Below, one piece after another: positions 9,234-18,934 of a stretch of 64,000 nt of DNA. Numbering within the stretch: position 1 is the stretch's first letter; each line of letters opens with the position of its first letter. Origin of the DNA: Nitrospirota bacterium (GTDB lineage: Bacteria; Nitrospirota; Thermodesulfovibrionia; Thermodesulfovibrionales; SM23-35); contig JBFMCL010000004.1 of assembly GCA_040754395.1 (NCBI GenBank), positions 35,013 through 99,012 on the forward strand, in the 5' to 3' direction. Position numbers and translations under genes: made by a program. The notes below the pieces were generated by a model. That model worked only from the letters and a program-made list of their open reading frames with translations, searched no databases and was not told the origin of the DNA.

Positions 9234-10256
9234 TTAACTTTCTTCTTTTGTAAACATTCCGGCCTTTTTCATGGCCATGATCTTTTTGGAAGATTCGCTT
9301 TCCACAGTATAGAGAGGTGTGACATGTTCATAAAAACTCGGTTCGCCACATGCCTGACATACGCCTCCGCAATCGATGCAGAAGTTGATTCCGTCATTCC
9401 ATCGTCTTATCGAACAATCACTGTGCGACATAGGGCCCTTACATCCCTTCTGCAGCAGGCACCAGTCTTTCTGTCTCGGGTCATTCCAGTCATTCAGAAA
9501 TTCTCCTGCATCAAAATGCGCCCTGCGCCTGCAATTGTCATGGATAAGCCTGCTGTCTCCGAAATACATCGCGGGACGTCCATTCGAGTCCAGCTCTGGT
9601 ATGTTTCCCGTAACAAGTACATACAGGATGGTCCCCACAAGATGATCCGTATGGACAGGACATGTAGAAATATTTATGACCGGCTTGTCAATCTTGGCCT
9701 TTTTTAGGGATTCAGTTACAGATATTCCCTTACTTGGAGTTGCCCTCGGGATACCCCCGAAAGCACCGCATGCACCTACCGCAAGCACTGCCTTTGATTT
9801 CCTTGCAGCTTCTTCAACAATTTTTCTGAAAGGACGGCCGCCTATTTCGCAGAATCTGTCATCCGCTGATGGTATTGCACCCTCCACAATCAGGATATAT
9901 CCTCCTTCTTTGACTGTCTGATCATGGATCTCCTCCACCATATGTCCGGCAGCGGCCATAATCGTGTCGTGCTGTCTCAGGGATATCTTGTCAAGAATTA
10001 TCGAAGAAACCGGAGGATGCAGGCTTTGTGTCAGCGATATGGTACATCCGGCGCATGCAAGCCCTTCCAGCCACATCACAGAAGGTTTTTTTGAACCCGA
10101 TTCCAGCGCATATGCGAGTTTCGAGGAAAATTCGAACTCTGAAAGACCAAAAAGGGCTGCTGTTGCAGCACAATACTTCAGGAAGTCTCTTCTGTTTATA
10201 CCGTGAGCTTCAAAAATGTTCATAAGCCCATCGTTGAGAATTTTTTCTCCTTTCAT
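9234..10256 (-). CDS. [NiFe] hydrogenase small subunit with a Tat signal peptide
   Basis: Twin-arginine motif RRDFLKY. Fe-S ligand patterns CAGC, HDNCRRRAHF, GCKGP and CIDCGGVCQACGE. The C-terminus is hydrophilic, with no membrane anchor. Confidence 0.95.
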   Translation of the reverse strand: MKGEKILNDGLMNIFEAHGINRRDFLKYCAATAALFGLSEFEFSSKLAYALESGSKKPSVMWLEGLACAGCTISLTQSLHPPVSSIILDKISLRQHDTIMAAAGHMVEEIHDQTVKEGGYILIVEGAIPSADDRFCEIGGRPFRKIVEEAARKSKAVLAVGACGAFGGIPRATPSKGISVTESLKKAKIDKPVINISTCPVHTDHLVGTILYVLVTGNIPELDSNGRPAMYFGDSRLIHDNCRRRAHFDAGEFLNDWNDPRQKDWCLLQKGCKGPMSHSDCSIRRWNDGINFCIDCGGVCQACGEPSFYEHVTPLYTVESESSKKIMAMKKAGMFTKEES

Positions 10257-10260
10257 GTAG

Positions 10261-10339
10261 TCACCTCCTTTTTATACTCTAAAACCCATCAATAACTTAT
10301 TGGAGTTGCTTCTATGTGTGCAATATATCACCTCCTTTT
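10261..10339 (-). promoter_or_regulatory. hydrogenase leader with a duplicated 12-nt SD block (AAAAGGAGGTGA twice)
   Basis: Exact copies at 10261-10272 and 10328-10339 (plus-strand TCACCTCCTTTT). The distal copy is followed, after 4 nt (7 nt from the GGAGG core), by TTG-CAC-ACA-TAG (10323..10312). Confidence 0.3.
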
Positions 10340-10398
10340 GCTCCCTTCAGCTTATCACATTTTATAAAAAAATCAAATGCTTTAAATATATTTAAATT

Positions 10399-10427
10399 AT
10401 TATATTATTTATAATTAAATTTTACAA
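10399..10427 (-). promoter_or_regulatory. candidate sigma70-type promoter of the hydrogenase operon
   Basis: Minus strand reads TTGTAA-17 nt-TATAAT inside an AT-rich block, about 140 nt upstream of the small-subunit ATG. Confidence 0.4.
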
Positions 10428-10473
10428 TGTTCTTTGGTGTTCTTCAATCAATTTGTTCGATAAGGATGACGGG

Positions 10474-10489
10474 TTGCAGCTGACTGCAA
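10474..10489. repeat. 16-nt near-palindrome TTGCAGCTGACTGCAA
   Basis: 6+6 perfect arms around a 4-nt centre. It lies between the aroE stop and the hydrogenase promoter, so it could be a dimeric-regulator site or a weak aroE terminator stem. Confidence 0.3.
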
Positions 10490-10561
10490 TTACATATTTT
10501 CAATATGGGGTGACTGGGTCGAAGAGGTTTTACTGTACTATTATGGAGAAAGTATTGTTAG

Positions 10562-11386
10562 TTATCCCTTTGCGTTCAGAAGCGCATCGCGCATGACAGA
10601 TATATCGGGGGTTCTCCCTGTCCAGAGTTTGAACGCAAAGTATCCCTGCCATAAAAGCATTCCGAGACCATCAAGCGTATCATAGCCGTATCGGGATGCC
10701 TCATTGACAAGGCGTGTTTTCTTGTAGATCAGATCGCAGACTACAACACTTTTCTTGAGGTTCTCCAGAGCAAACGGTAACGGGTCGTCTTTTTTTAAAC
10801 CGAGAGGTGTTGCATTTATGACCATGTCATAACGTTTGAGTGACGAAAGTTCATAACATGGTGATACATTATTCCGTATTTTTTTCAGATCACTCATCAG
10901 ACTGTCAAGCTTTTCTCTTGTTCGTCCGTATATGCTTACCGTTTTTGCCTTCTGGCTGAGAGAGAAGCTTACTGCCCTTGCTGCCCCGCCGGCTCCGACT
11001 ATCAGAATATCCTTTCCCTTTACTGTGATTCCGGCCTCTGACATTGCCTTCATGAAACCCGCACCATCAGTGTTATGCCCGGTCAATCTTCCCTTTTTGT
11101 TCACTATGGTATTGACCGCGCCGATGAACGCCGCTTCTTCGGCAACATTGTCGAGATATTTGATGACTTTTTCCTTATGCGGTACCGTAATATTAATCCC
11201 CTGGATATTCAGCGCCCTGATCGCAGCAACCGCTTCACGAAGATTATCAGGGTGCACCAGAAAAGGAATATAGCAGTAGTCAAGACTGAGCGATTCAAAC
11301 GCTGCATTGTGCATTGCAGGTGACAGAGTATGCTCAACAGGATAGCCGATAATTCCGGTAATACCAGTTTTTCCGCTAATTTTCAC
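10562..11386 (-). CDS. aroE: shikimate 5-dehydrogenase
   Basis: GIIGYPVEHTLSP, NITVPHK, NTDG and GAGGAARA motifs. GTG start with GGGGAGG SD. Confidence 0.9.
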   Translation of the reverse strand: MKISGKTGITGIIGYPVEHTLSPAMHNAAFESLSLDYCYIPFLVHPDNLREAVAAIRALNIQGINITVPHKEKVIKYLDNVAEEAAFIGAVNTIVNKKGRLTGHNTDGAGFMKAMSEAGITVKGKDILIVGAGGAARAVSFSLSQKAKTVSIYGRTREKLDSLMSDLKKIRNNVSPCYELSSLKRYDMVINATPLGLKKDDPLPFALENLKKSVVVCDLIYKKTRLVNEASRYGYDTLDGLGMLLWQGYFAFKLWTGRTPDISVMRDALLNAKG

Positions 11387-11414
11387 GGGCCTCCCCTCAC
11401 ATTATCCACTATGA

Positions 11415-12122
11415 TCAGAGTATCTCTCGGATGATATTCTCCAGTTCCGGATACTCATAGAAACATCCGTCCGGATGTACCCCATTGTAATCGCTGCATG
11501 GGGACCTGTAAAGTATGCATTTCATTCCCGCTTTCTTTGCCCCCACAAGATCCTTGTGGGGATTGTCTCCGACATATACGGAATCAGCGGCATGAACACC
11601 GGAATCATTCATTGCCTGCTGGAATAGACGTATATCCGGTTTTTTGTATCCTGTTCTTGAGGACAGAATCCTGTGTTTTATGAACTGGTCGAGGCCGAGC
11701 ATTGCCATTTCAGGTTCAGCGAAAATCCACTGTGCATCAGAGATGATTGCGAGTTTGTATCTCCTGCCGAGGGAAACGAGAACGTCATACACACAATCAA
11801 AGACGCAGAATGTCCTTATGGTGAGAGACCGGAAAAGCATAATGGTGTCAATCACTGTTCCCTTTGAATACTTTCTTTTTCCGTATTTATTGATAATGCC
11901 GAAAAAGATATCATACACATCAACCTCGGGATACTCTTCTTTGCTGTGGCTCAGACACTGTTGTATGCTCTCCTGGTATGTCTTTTTCAATTCTTCCGGA
12001 GATATGTTCACTGAGTGGTATGCAAGGTACCGAGAGAGTGTTTCATATACCCATGGATCATTTTCATCTGTCCTTATATTGATCAATGTTCCATAGAGAT
12101 CAAAAAAAACTGCCTTTTTCAC
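11415..12122 (-). CDS. HAD-superfamily hydrolase (haloacid-dehalogenase-like motif I, DxYGT)
   Basis: Motif I is FFDLYGTL, with Tyr replacing the second Asp. Also has ISDA, K(x)nGDNPHKD. GTGA overlap with the upstream kinase-like gene. Confidence 0.7.
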   Translation of the reverse strand: MKKAVFFDLYGTLINIRTDENDPWVYETLSRYLAYHSVNISPEELKKTYQESIQQCLSHSKEEYPEVDVYDIFFGIINKYGKRKYSKGTVIDTIMLFRSLTIRTFCVFDCVYDVLVSLGRRYKLAIISDAQWIFAEPEMAMLGLDQFIKHRILSSRTGYKKPDIRLFQQAMNDSGVHAADSVYVGDNPHKDLVGAKKAGMKCILYRSPCSDYNGVHPDGCFYEYPELENIIREIL

Positions 12123-13120
12123 GCGAGCTTAAACCCCCATTTCATACACTCCAGCGCTTCATGGGCGAGGCGTTTCCTGTAATCCCATGAAAGGTAATTG
12201 TTCCGCGCGATCCTCAGCTCAGTCAGCGCCATATAGAATGGCATTCTCAAGGTAATCTCTTTGAATGCCCTTTTGCTGGCTGCATCATGGCCTGTATAGG
12301 ACTTGAGAAAATGCCTTATGTACGGTTCAGCGGCAAAAGCATTACCGGTCCGCCACATGAATGCATGTTTCAGTTCGCCGCATATCATGCCGATATCATA
12401 GACAAGATCACAGTTTTTCATCCTCTCGAGGTCTATCGCAACAACATCTCCTTTCTCTGTGAAGATAAAATTTGTCGGGGTTGCATCTCCGTGTACTATG
12501 ACATTTCTGGCCCCGTAATATGTAATCCTTTTCAGCCATTTGTCCATCATCTTCAGAAAGGATTTGCCCTGATCATCTGACAGAACTCTCTGACTGAGGA
12601 GTCTCTGCAGAATCTTCCTGAAATAGGAACCCAATGCATTGAGGTTCACATCATTTCCGTCTTCTGTCCTTGAGTGCAGTGCAAAAAGAAAAGACGATAA
12701 CCTGGAAAGATTGTCGATCAGGGGGACTACCCTGAACCTGAACATTGCCTGCTTCAGGTAATAATCGAGGTCTTTTCCCTGAATAAACTCCTCTGTGAGG
12801 GCAAGTCCGATTCTTTCTTCCCTGCTGATAGGACGGACCACATAATTCGGATATGTATCAAACCCATAATTTCTCAACCTTGCAAGATTGTCAAACTCAC
12901 CCTTTTTTCTCAGAAGTCTTTCCTGTTTCGTGTCATGCAGCCGGTAAAATTTCCCTATAATGGCAACTCTGGTATTTTCTTCCGTGTATTTATATACCAT
13001 CCCTGAAGACATTCTGTTGACGTGAAACTGGGGATATTTTGTATCAGCAATTACCTGAGACGTGAGTATTTCGTACAGCGGATCTGCATAATCAAGCTTT
13101 CCAAGATATGTTTCGCCCAT
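12119..13120 (-). CDS. kinase-like phosphotransferase (APH/choline-kinase fold)
   Basis: Catalytic-loop-like HGDATPTNFIF followed by IDLERM. 333 aa. Substrate unknown. Confidence 0.6.
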   Translation of the reverse strand: MGETYLGKLDYADPLYEILTSQVIADTKYPQFHVNRMSSGMVYKYTEENTRVAIIGKFYRLHDTKQERLLRKKGEFDNLARLRNYGFDTYPNYVVRPISREERIGLALTEEFIQGKDLDYYLKQAMFRFRVVPLIDNLSRLSSFLFALHSRTEDGNDVNLNALGSYFRKILQRLLSQRVLSDDQGKSFLKMMDKWLKRITYYGARNVIVHGDATPTNFIFTEKGDVVAIDLERMKNCDLVYDIGMICGELKHAFMWRTGNAFAAEPYIRHFLKSYTGHDAASKRAFKEITLRMPFYMALTELRIARNNYLSWDYRKRLAHEALECMKWGFKLA

Positions 13121-13126
13121 GAAGTA

Positions 13127-13135
13127 ATTCTACCA
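13127..13135 (-). promoter_or_regulatory. extended -10 TGGTAGAAT 6 nt upstream of the kinase-like ATG (candidate leaderless start)
   Basis: Minus strand reads TGGTAGAAT-TACTTC-ATG. The element overlaps the rlpA stop codon. No SD. Confidence 0.35.
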
Positions 13136-13900
13136 CAGATAGATTCTTTCATCATATCCTGTTATCAGGACTTCATACCCTTCATCCGCAAGATCCCGCG
13201 CGGTTTTTCTGACTGCATCCTCTGACGCAAATTTGCCCACTCTCACCCTGTAGTAAACATTGCCCCTCATCTCTGCCTCCGTGGTATATACATTACGGTA
13301 TTTTATCTCGAGTGCTTTTCTGAGACGATACGCATTGCTTGGTTCGCTGAAAGACCCTACTTGAATAGTGAACGGCCCTGCACTTGATGCATATCTTACC
13401 TGTCTCACATACGAACTATCCCTTCCCAAAGGCCGAATCCTGACCATTCCTACTCCTTCGCGTATAAGATCAATCTCCTTTGCTGCGGCATATGAAAGGT
13501 CGATGTCTCTTCCCTCAACAAAAGGACCCCTGTCGTTTACCATGCAATCTACAGACTTTCTGCTGGATACGCTGGTAATCTTCAGCCTTGTACCAAAAGG
13601 ATACTCCTTATGTGCGCAGGTAAATGCGTACATATTGAAGATTTCACCGGATGAGGTTGGCCTCCCGTGAAATTCAGTACCGTACCAGGATGCTACTGCA
13701 TAGTCCATGCCCGGGTATGTCGCATATCGTGAAGAGGCACAGGATGAAGATATTAATACTGTTATGAACAGCAACAGGCAAGCTTTATTCAATGTTCTCT
13801 TCTCTATTTTTTTGCTTTCAGGGGGGAAACTAATGATACAGAAGGTTTTGCTTACCGGGCTGTTCCCTGTGTCATCTTTCCTGCCGATGTTTTCATGCAC
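13130..13900 (-). CDS. rlpA: septal ring lytic transglycosylase RlpA family (DPBB plus SPOR domains)
   Basis: ASWYGTEFHGRPTSSGE...VNDRGPF is the DPBB domain. The C-terminal FTIQVGSF...YRVRVGKF is a SPOR repeat. Possible lipobox at ISSSC. The true start may be internal. Confidence 0.85.
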   Translation of the reverse strand: MHENIGRKDDTGNSPVSKTFCIISFPPESKKIEKRTLNKACLLLFITVLISSSCASSRYATYPGMDYAVASWYGTEFHGRPTSSGEIFNMYAFTCAHKEYPFGTRLKITSVSSRKSVDCMVNDRGPFVEGRDIDLSYAAAKEIDLIREGVGMVRIRPLGRDSSYVRQVRYASSAGPFTIQVGSFSEPSNAYRLRKALEIKYRNVYTTEAEMRGNVYYRVRVGKFASEDAVRKTARDLADEGYEVLITGYDERIYLW

Positions 13901-13912
13901 ACAGATATGATA

Positions 13913-15253
13913 TCATAATATATATCTGCTGAGGTCTTCATCCTTCACTATTTCACTCAGTTTTTCCCGGACATACGCTTTATCGATCATGAGTTGGCCG
14001 TTTTTTCTTTCCGGAGCCTCAAAGGAGATATCCTCAAGAAGTTTTTCAAGAACAGTATGAAGCCTCCGCGCACCGATATTTTCTGTTCTCTCGTTCACAT
14101 GTGCAGCAATGTCTGCAATCTCATTGATTGATTCATCATCAAATTTTAGTATCACCTCTTCCGTAAAAAGAAGCGCGGTATACTGTTTGATAAGGGCATT
14201 GTATGGCTCTGTCAGTATCCTCACGAAATCTTCCTTGCCGAGGGCATTGAGTTCAACCCTTATCGGAAACCTCCCCTGAAGTTCAGGGATCAGGTCAGAG
14301 GGTTTTGACATATGAAAAGCCCCGGCTGCAATGAAAAGAATATGTTCCGTCTTGACAATGCCATGCTTGGTCGTTACGGTAGTTCCTTCAACGATAGGAA
14401 GGAGGTCCCGCTGAACGCCCTCCCGTGATACATCAGGACCATGCGCGTGTCCCCTGCTGGCAATCTTGTCGATTTCATCAATAAAAATGATTCCAGATTG
14501 CTCGACCCTATCTATCGCTTCCCTGGTGACTTTTTCAATATCAATAAGCTTGTTCGCCTCTTCCTGCTGAATGATGCTCAGTGCTTCGGGAATCTTGACT
14601 TTTCTTCTTTTTGATTTCTCGGGAAGAAAACTGCCCAGCATTTCCTTAAGGTTTATCTCGAGATCCTCCAACCCGACATTGGAAACAACTCCGAAGGGAA
14701 TAACCTTTTCCTTAACCTCGATATCCACATACCTGTTGTCAAGCTTCCCCTCCCTCAGCTGTAATCTCAGGCGCTCACGTGTTTCCTTGTGTTGTTCCTT
14801 ATCTTCGTCTTCCGGTCCTGTTGTCCTTGATATTCTCGGCTGCGGGAGTAGCAGATCAAGCACGCGTTCTTCAGAGAGCTGCTTTGCCTTTTCCTGAACC
14901 TTTTCAATGTGCTCTGACTTAACCATTCCTATTGATATTTCGGTAAGGTCACGGATCATCGATTCAACGTCACGTCCCACGTACCCGACCTCTGTAAACT
15001 TTGATGCCTCAATTTTCACAAAAGGGGCATTCGCGAGCCTTGACAGTCTTCTTGCGATTTCAGTCTTTCCGACACCGGTTGGGCCTATCATGATGATGTT
15101 TTTCGGCAGCACCTCATCCCGCAGTTCAGGCGAGAGTTTCTGTCTTCTCCAACGGTTTCGCATGGCAATTGCAACCGCCTTTTTTGCCTTGTTCTGTCCG
15201 ATTATATATTTATCGAGTTCTTCTACAATCTTCCTTGGTGTGAGATTATCCAT
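13913..15253 (-). CDS. hslU: ATP-dependent protease ATPase subunit HslU
   Basis: [15 protein letters not shown] Walker A and the HslU I-domain. 8-nt overlap with hslV. Confidence 0.95.
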   Translation of the reverse strand: MDNLTPRKIVEELDKYIIGQNKAKKAVAIAMRNRWRRQKLSPELRDEVLPKNIIMIGPTGVGKTEIARRLSRLANAPFVKIEASKFTEVGYVGRDVESMIRDLTEISIGMVKSEHIEKVQEKAKQLSEERVLDLLLPQPRISRTTGPEDEDKEQHKETRERLRLQLREGKLDNRYVDIEVKEKVIPFGVVSNVGLEDLEINLKEMLGSFLPEKSKRRKVKIPEALSIIQQEEANKLIDIEKVTREAIDRVEQSGIIFIDEIDKIASRGHAHGPDVSREGVQRDLLPIVEGTTVTTKHGIVKTEHILFIAAGAFHMSKPSDLIPELQGRFPIRVELNALGKEDFVRILTEPYNALIKQYTALLFTEEVILKFDDESINEIADIAAHVNERTENIGARRLHTVLEKLLEDISFEAPERKNGQLMIDKAYVREKLSEIVKDEDLSRYIL

Positions 15254-15779
15254 GTATTTCCTCTATAGTGATATTTTCATTCGTATATATGCAGATATCT
15301 GAAGCGATCTTCATGGCTTTGGCTACAGTGTCCCTTGCTGACAGGTCAGTGTTTTCCGTCAATGCCCTTGCTGCTGCCTGTGCATATGTGCCTCCTGATC
15401 CAATGGCTGCGATTCCGTCTTCAGGCTCAATGACATCCCCAGTGCCCGATATGATGAACGTATGTTCCTTATCCGCAACGATCAGAAGGGCTTCAAGCCT
15501 TCTCAGTATCTTATCTGTCCTCCAGTCCTTCGCAAGTTCAACAGCAGCCCTCGTGATATTCCCCCGGTAAGATTCAAGTTTCGCCTCGAACTTTTCGAAC
15601 AGGGTCAGTGCGTCTGCTGTTGCCCCGGAAAATCCGGTCAGAATATTCTCATTGGACATCTTTCTTATCTTTTTCGCGTTGTGCTTCAATACCGTATTGC
15701 CCATGGTTACCTGCCCGTCTCCTGCGATTGCCACGTGCCCGTTACGTCTTACACAGAGAATTGTTGTGCCCCTGAACAT
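15246..15779 (-). CDS. hslV: ATP-dependent protease subunit HslV
   Basis: N-terminal TT (after Met-Phe-Arg-Gly) and GSGG motifs. 177 aa. Confidence 0.95.
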   Translation of the reverse strand: MFRGTTILCVRRNGHVAIAGDGQVTMGNTVLKHNAKKIRKMSNENILTGFSGATADALTLFEKFEAKLESYRGNITRAAVELAKDWRTDKILRRLEALLIVADKEHTFIISGTGDVIEPEDGIAAIGSGGTYAQAAARALTENTDLSARDTVAKAMKIASDICIYTNENITIEEIHG

Positions 15780-15803
15780 ATAAACTCCTTCGGTTTATTC
15801 GTG

Positions 15804-16685
15804 TCATTCCTTGTTCTCCCTGGAAAAGGGGTGTGCCCTGTCATATATATCCATTAAATGCGTGATATCAAGATGAGTATATTTCTGGGTTGTAGAAAGC
15901 GACGCATGCCCCAGAAGTTCCTGTATCACCCTGAGGTCAGCACCGCCCTGGAGCAGATGACTTGCAAAAGAATGTCTCAGGGTATGAGGACCTATCCTTC
16001 CGTTTATCAGCGCTGCCCGTGCATATTTTACTACTATACGTCTAACTCCCCTGTCTGTCAATCGTGTTCCCATCCGGTTCAGGAACAGAGCCTTGTCCTT
16101 TTCTTTTAACAGAATCCTTTCGACCATATATGATTTCACCGCATCGAGTGCTTTTGATCCGACAGGAAGTATTCTCTCCTTCTTCCCTTTGCCTTTGACC
16201 TTTATCATGGCCTCCTTGATATTGACGTCATCCGTACTCAATCTCGCCAATTCGCTTACCCGCAATCCGCTTGAATACAAGAGTTCAAGTATCGCCCTGT
16301 CACGTGCAGGCATGAAACCTATCCCTTCAGGCTTTTCGATCAGGGCAAACACGTCATCAACAGAAAGAAATCTGGGAAGCATTCTGGGAATCCTGGGATT
16401 TGAGACCATCTTTGCAGGATTTGCGAATATGTATCCCTCCCGGTACAGAAATTTATAAAAAGACCTAATGCTCGAAAGCCTCCTGCTGACCGTAGTTCTG
16501 CTGAGACCTTTTCTGATCTGATCAGCGACAAACCCCCGCACATCAATCATATCCACCTTGTCAGGGTCAGCATGCATATATTCTGCAAATTCTTTGAGGT
16601 CTTTTCTGTATGCTCTTACTGTATGGCCTGACACTGCCTTTTCCACCGCAAGATACCTCAGGAATTTATCAATATGTTCTTTCAT
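15804..16685 (-). CDS. xerC: tyrosine recombinase XerC/XerD
   Basis: Catalytic residues in ...GLRVSEL..., HTLRHSFASHLL and LGHASLSTTQKYTH. Conserved xerC-hslV-hslU order. Confidence 0.85.
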   Translation of the reverse strand: MKEHIDKFLRYLAVEKAVSGHTVRAYRKDLKEFAEYMHADPDKVDMIDVRGFVADQIRKGLSRTTVSRRLSSIRSFYKFLYREGYIFANPAKMVSNPRIPRMLPRFLSVDDVFALIEKPEGIGFMPARDRAILELLYSSGLRVSELARLSTDDVNIKEAMIKVKGKGKKERILPVGSKALDAVKSYMVERILLKEKDKALFLNRMGTRLTDRGVRRIVVKYARAALINGRIGPHTLRHSFASHLLQGGADLRVIQELLGHASLSTTQKYTHLDITHLMDIYDRAHPFSRENKE

Positions 16686-16778
16686 TGTGTAGTTATATTT
16701 TACCCCAACCGTAAACGGAATATGCTATTCCCTTGTGCAATTGTGGCAAATCATGAAATGCGTGCTGCTTTCAGGAAG

Positions 16779-17714
16779 TTACCTGTTACGAACAGATGAG
16801 AGCATGTAATCGAGGCTTTTCAAATCACCTGTATGATAGACATTCACATCAGGGGCTATCCTCTTTATCAGACCTGAAAGAATCTTTCCCGGTCCGACCT
16901 CAATAAAGGTATCTATGCCGCAATCATTAATAGTTTTTACAGAATCCTCCCATAAGAGAGGACTGCTGAGCTGCCTGACGAGTGAAGATTTTATTGCATT
17001 CACTTCATCTGGCAGGAAAAGGGCATCGGCATTATTTACCACAGGGATGCTCATGGGATGGAAATCCGTTGTATCAAACAATTCTGCAAGTCTTTGTGAT
17101 GCATTCTCCATTAGTCTGCAATGAGACGGCACACTCACCGAAAGAGGCATCGCTCTCTTTGCTCCTGCTGCCTTGCACAGTTCGATTGCTTCCTCAACAG
17201 CGTTTTTTTCTCCTGCGATAACAATCTGTCCCGGACAATTATAGTTCGCCGAAGAGGCATATCCTGATTTCAGCACACTGCAGATTTCATCTACCTTTTC
17301 CCTTTCCAGGCCGATAATTGCTGCCATAAGGCCTTTTCCTTCAGGAACTGCTTCCTGCATGAACTGACCCCTTTTTTCCGTAATTCTCACCATGTCTTCA
17401 AACAAAACAACCCCTGATGCTGCAAGGGCGGAATATTCTCCAAGGCTGTGTCCAGCCATAACTGATGGTTCAATCCCCATATGAAGCAAAACTTTATAAA
17501 TTGCGATGCTCGTTGTGAGAATGCATGGTTGGGTACGAAATGTCCTGTTCAGTTCATCTTCCGGACCATTGAAAATGAGGTTGGGAACGTCATATCCCAA
17601 AACATCGGATGCCATGCTGAACACTTCTCGCGCAGTTCTGAATCTGTCGAATATTTCTTTTCCCATTCCGACATGCTGGGAACCCTGTCCGGGAAATACA
17701 AATGCAATTTTCAT
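16779..17714 (-). CDS. fabD: malonyl-CoA:ACP transacylase
   Basis: FPGQGSQ and the active-site GHSLGEYSA. Confidence 0.9.
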   Translation of the reverse strand: MKIAFVFPGQGSQHVGMGKEIFDRFRTAREVFSMASDVLGYDVPNLIFNGPEDELNRTFRTQPCILTTSIAIYKVLLHMGIEPSVMAGHSLGEYSALAASGVVLFEDMVRITEKRGQFMQEAVPEGKGLMAAIIGLEREKVDEICSVLKSGYASSANYNCPGQIVIAGEKNAVEEAIELCKAAGAKRAMPLSVSVPSHCRLMENASQRLAELFDTTDFHPMSIPVVNNADALFLPDEVNAIKSSLVRQLSSPLLWEDSVKTINDCGIDTFIEVGPGKILSGLIKRIAPDVNVYHTGDLKSLDYMLSSVRNR

Positions 17715-17731
17715 CTCCCCTCCTGAAAAAA

Positions 17732-18934
17732 CTACATCCCCTTCGCTTCCCTGATTCTTTTAATCAGGAGCGGGATAATCTCGTAAAGATCACCGACTAT
17801 GCCATAGGTTGCTACATTAAATATAGGCGCATCAGGATTCTTGTTGATTGCGATAATGACGTCTGATGACTGCATGCCGACAAGATGCTGCACCGCGCCC
17901 GATATTCCGCATGCCAGATATATTTTCGGACACACTGTTTTTCCTGTCTGGCCTACCTGATGCCTGTAAGGAATCCATCCCGCATCTACCGCAGCCCTTG
18001 AGGACCCAACAGCGCCGCCCAGTATTTCAGCGCATTCCTCAATAAGCTTGAAGCCTTTCGGGTCACCGAGACCCCTTCCGCCGGATACAATAATCTCTGC
18101 TTCCTGAAGATTTATCGTAATATCTGATATTTCCCTTACGGTTTCTACCACGTTTGTGCGTGTAGACAACCCTTCTGCCTTCACCTCGAAAATATCGCCC
18201 TTTTTCCCCCCATCATAATGTCCCCGTTTCATAACCCTTGGACGCACTGTTGCCATCTGCGGACGGTTGTTGGGGCAGAGAATGGTTGCCATGATATTGC
18301 CGCCAAATGCTGGCCTGACCTGAAGAAGATTTCCTGTTTCCTTATCAATTGACAGCGAGGTGCAATCAGCAGTCAATCCTGTTCTCAGACGCGCTGCGAC
18401 CCTCGGGAAGAAAGATCTGCCGATAGGGGTTGCCCCTGCAAGAACGATTTCAGGTCTATGATCCTTAATAAGATTCGTCAGCAATTGTGCATAAGGCTCA
18501 TCATTGAAACTCTCCAGAATTTCGTGTTTACCAAGATATATCTTATCAGCTCCCCATCTGATCAGTTCCCGGGCTTCGTTCTCAGATGCTCCAAAAAGCA
18601 CGGCCGAGAGATCAGCGTTTCTTTCTTCAGCAAGGGTTCTTCCGATACCCAGGAGTTCGTATGCAACGGAAGCCACTTTCCCGCCCCTCTGTTCGGCAAA
18701 TACCCATACCCCTTTGTAAGCCCCTGCTAGCATATCTGCATCTGCGCCTCCTATTTTTTCGCTCTCGACATCCATGATCGCGCCCTCCGGGCATACGCTA
18801 ATACAGGCCATACATGACTGGCAGTATTCATTGATATATGCCTTTCCTTCTCTCATCTCAATCGCTTCAAAAGGGCATGATGAGAGGCATTCTTCACAGC
18901 CATGGCATTTTTCGATATTCACGATTACAGGCAT
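17732..18934 (-). CDS. etfA: electron transfer flavoprotein alpha subunit with an N-terminal 2x[4Fe-4S] ferredoxin domain
   Basis: CHGCEECLSSCP and CQSCMACISVCP motifs, followed by the EtfA FAD domain (GISGAVQHLVGM). Confidence 0.9.
   Translation of the reverse strand: MPVIVNIEKCHGCEECLSSCPFEAIEMREGKAYINEYCQSCMACISVCPEGAIMDVESEKIGGADADMLAGAYKGVWVFAEQRGGKVASVAYELLGIGRTLAEERNADLSAVLFGASENEARELIRWGADKIYLGKHEILESFNDEPYAQLLTNLIKDHRPEIVLAGATPIGRSFFPRVAARLRTGLTADCTSLSIDKETGNLLQVRPAFGGNIMATILCPNNRPQMATVRPRVMKRGHYDGGKKGDIFEVKAEGLSTRTNVVETVREISDITINLQEAEIIVSGGRGLGDPKGFKLIEECAEILGGAVGSSRAAVDAGWIPYRHQVGQTGKTVCPKIYLACGISGAVQHLVGMQSSDVIIAINKNPDAPIFNVATYGIVGDLYEIIPLLIKRIREAKGM

Noticed and set aside
15804-16685. 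Tyrosine recombinase as a possible marker of an integrated mobile element.
   Set aside because: It sits in the conserved housekeeping xerC-hslV-hslU arrangement. I saw no flanking direct repeats, tRNA target or phage/transposon genes.
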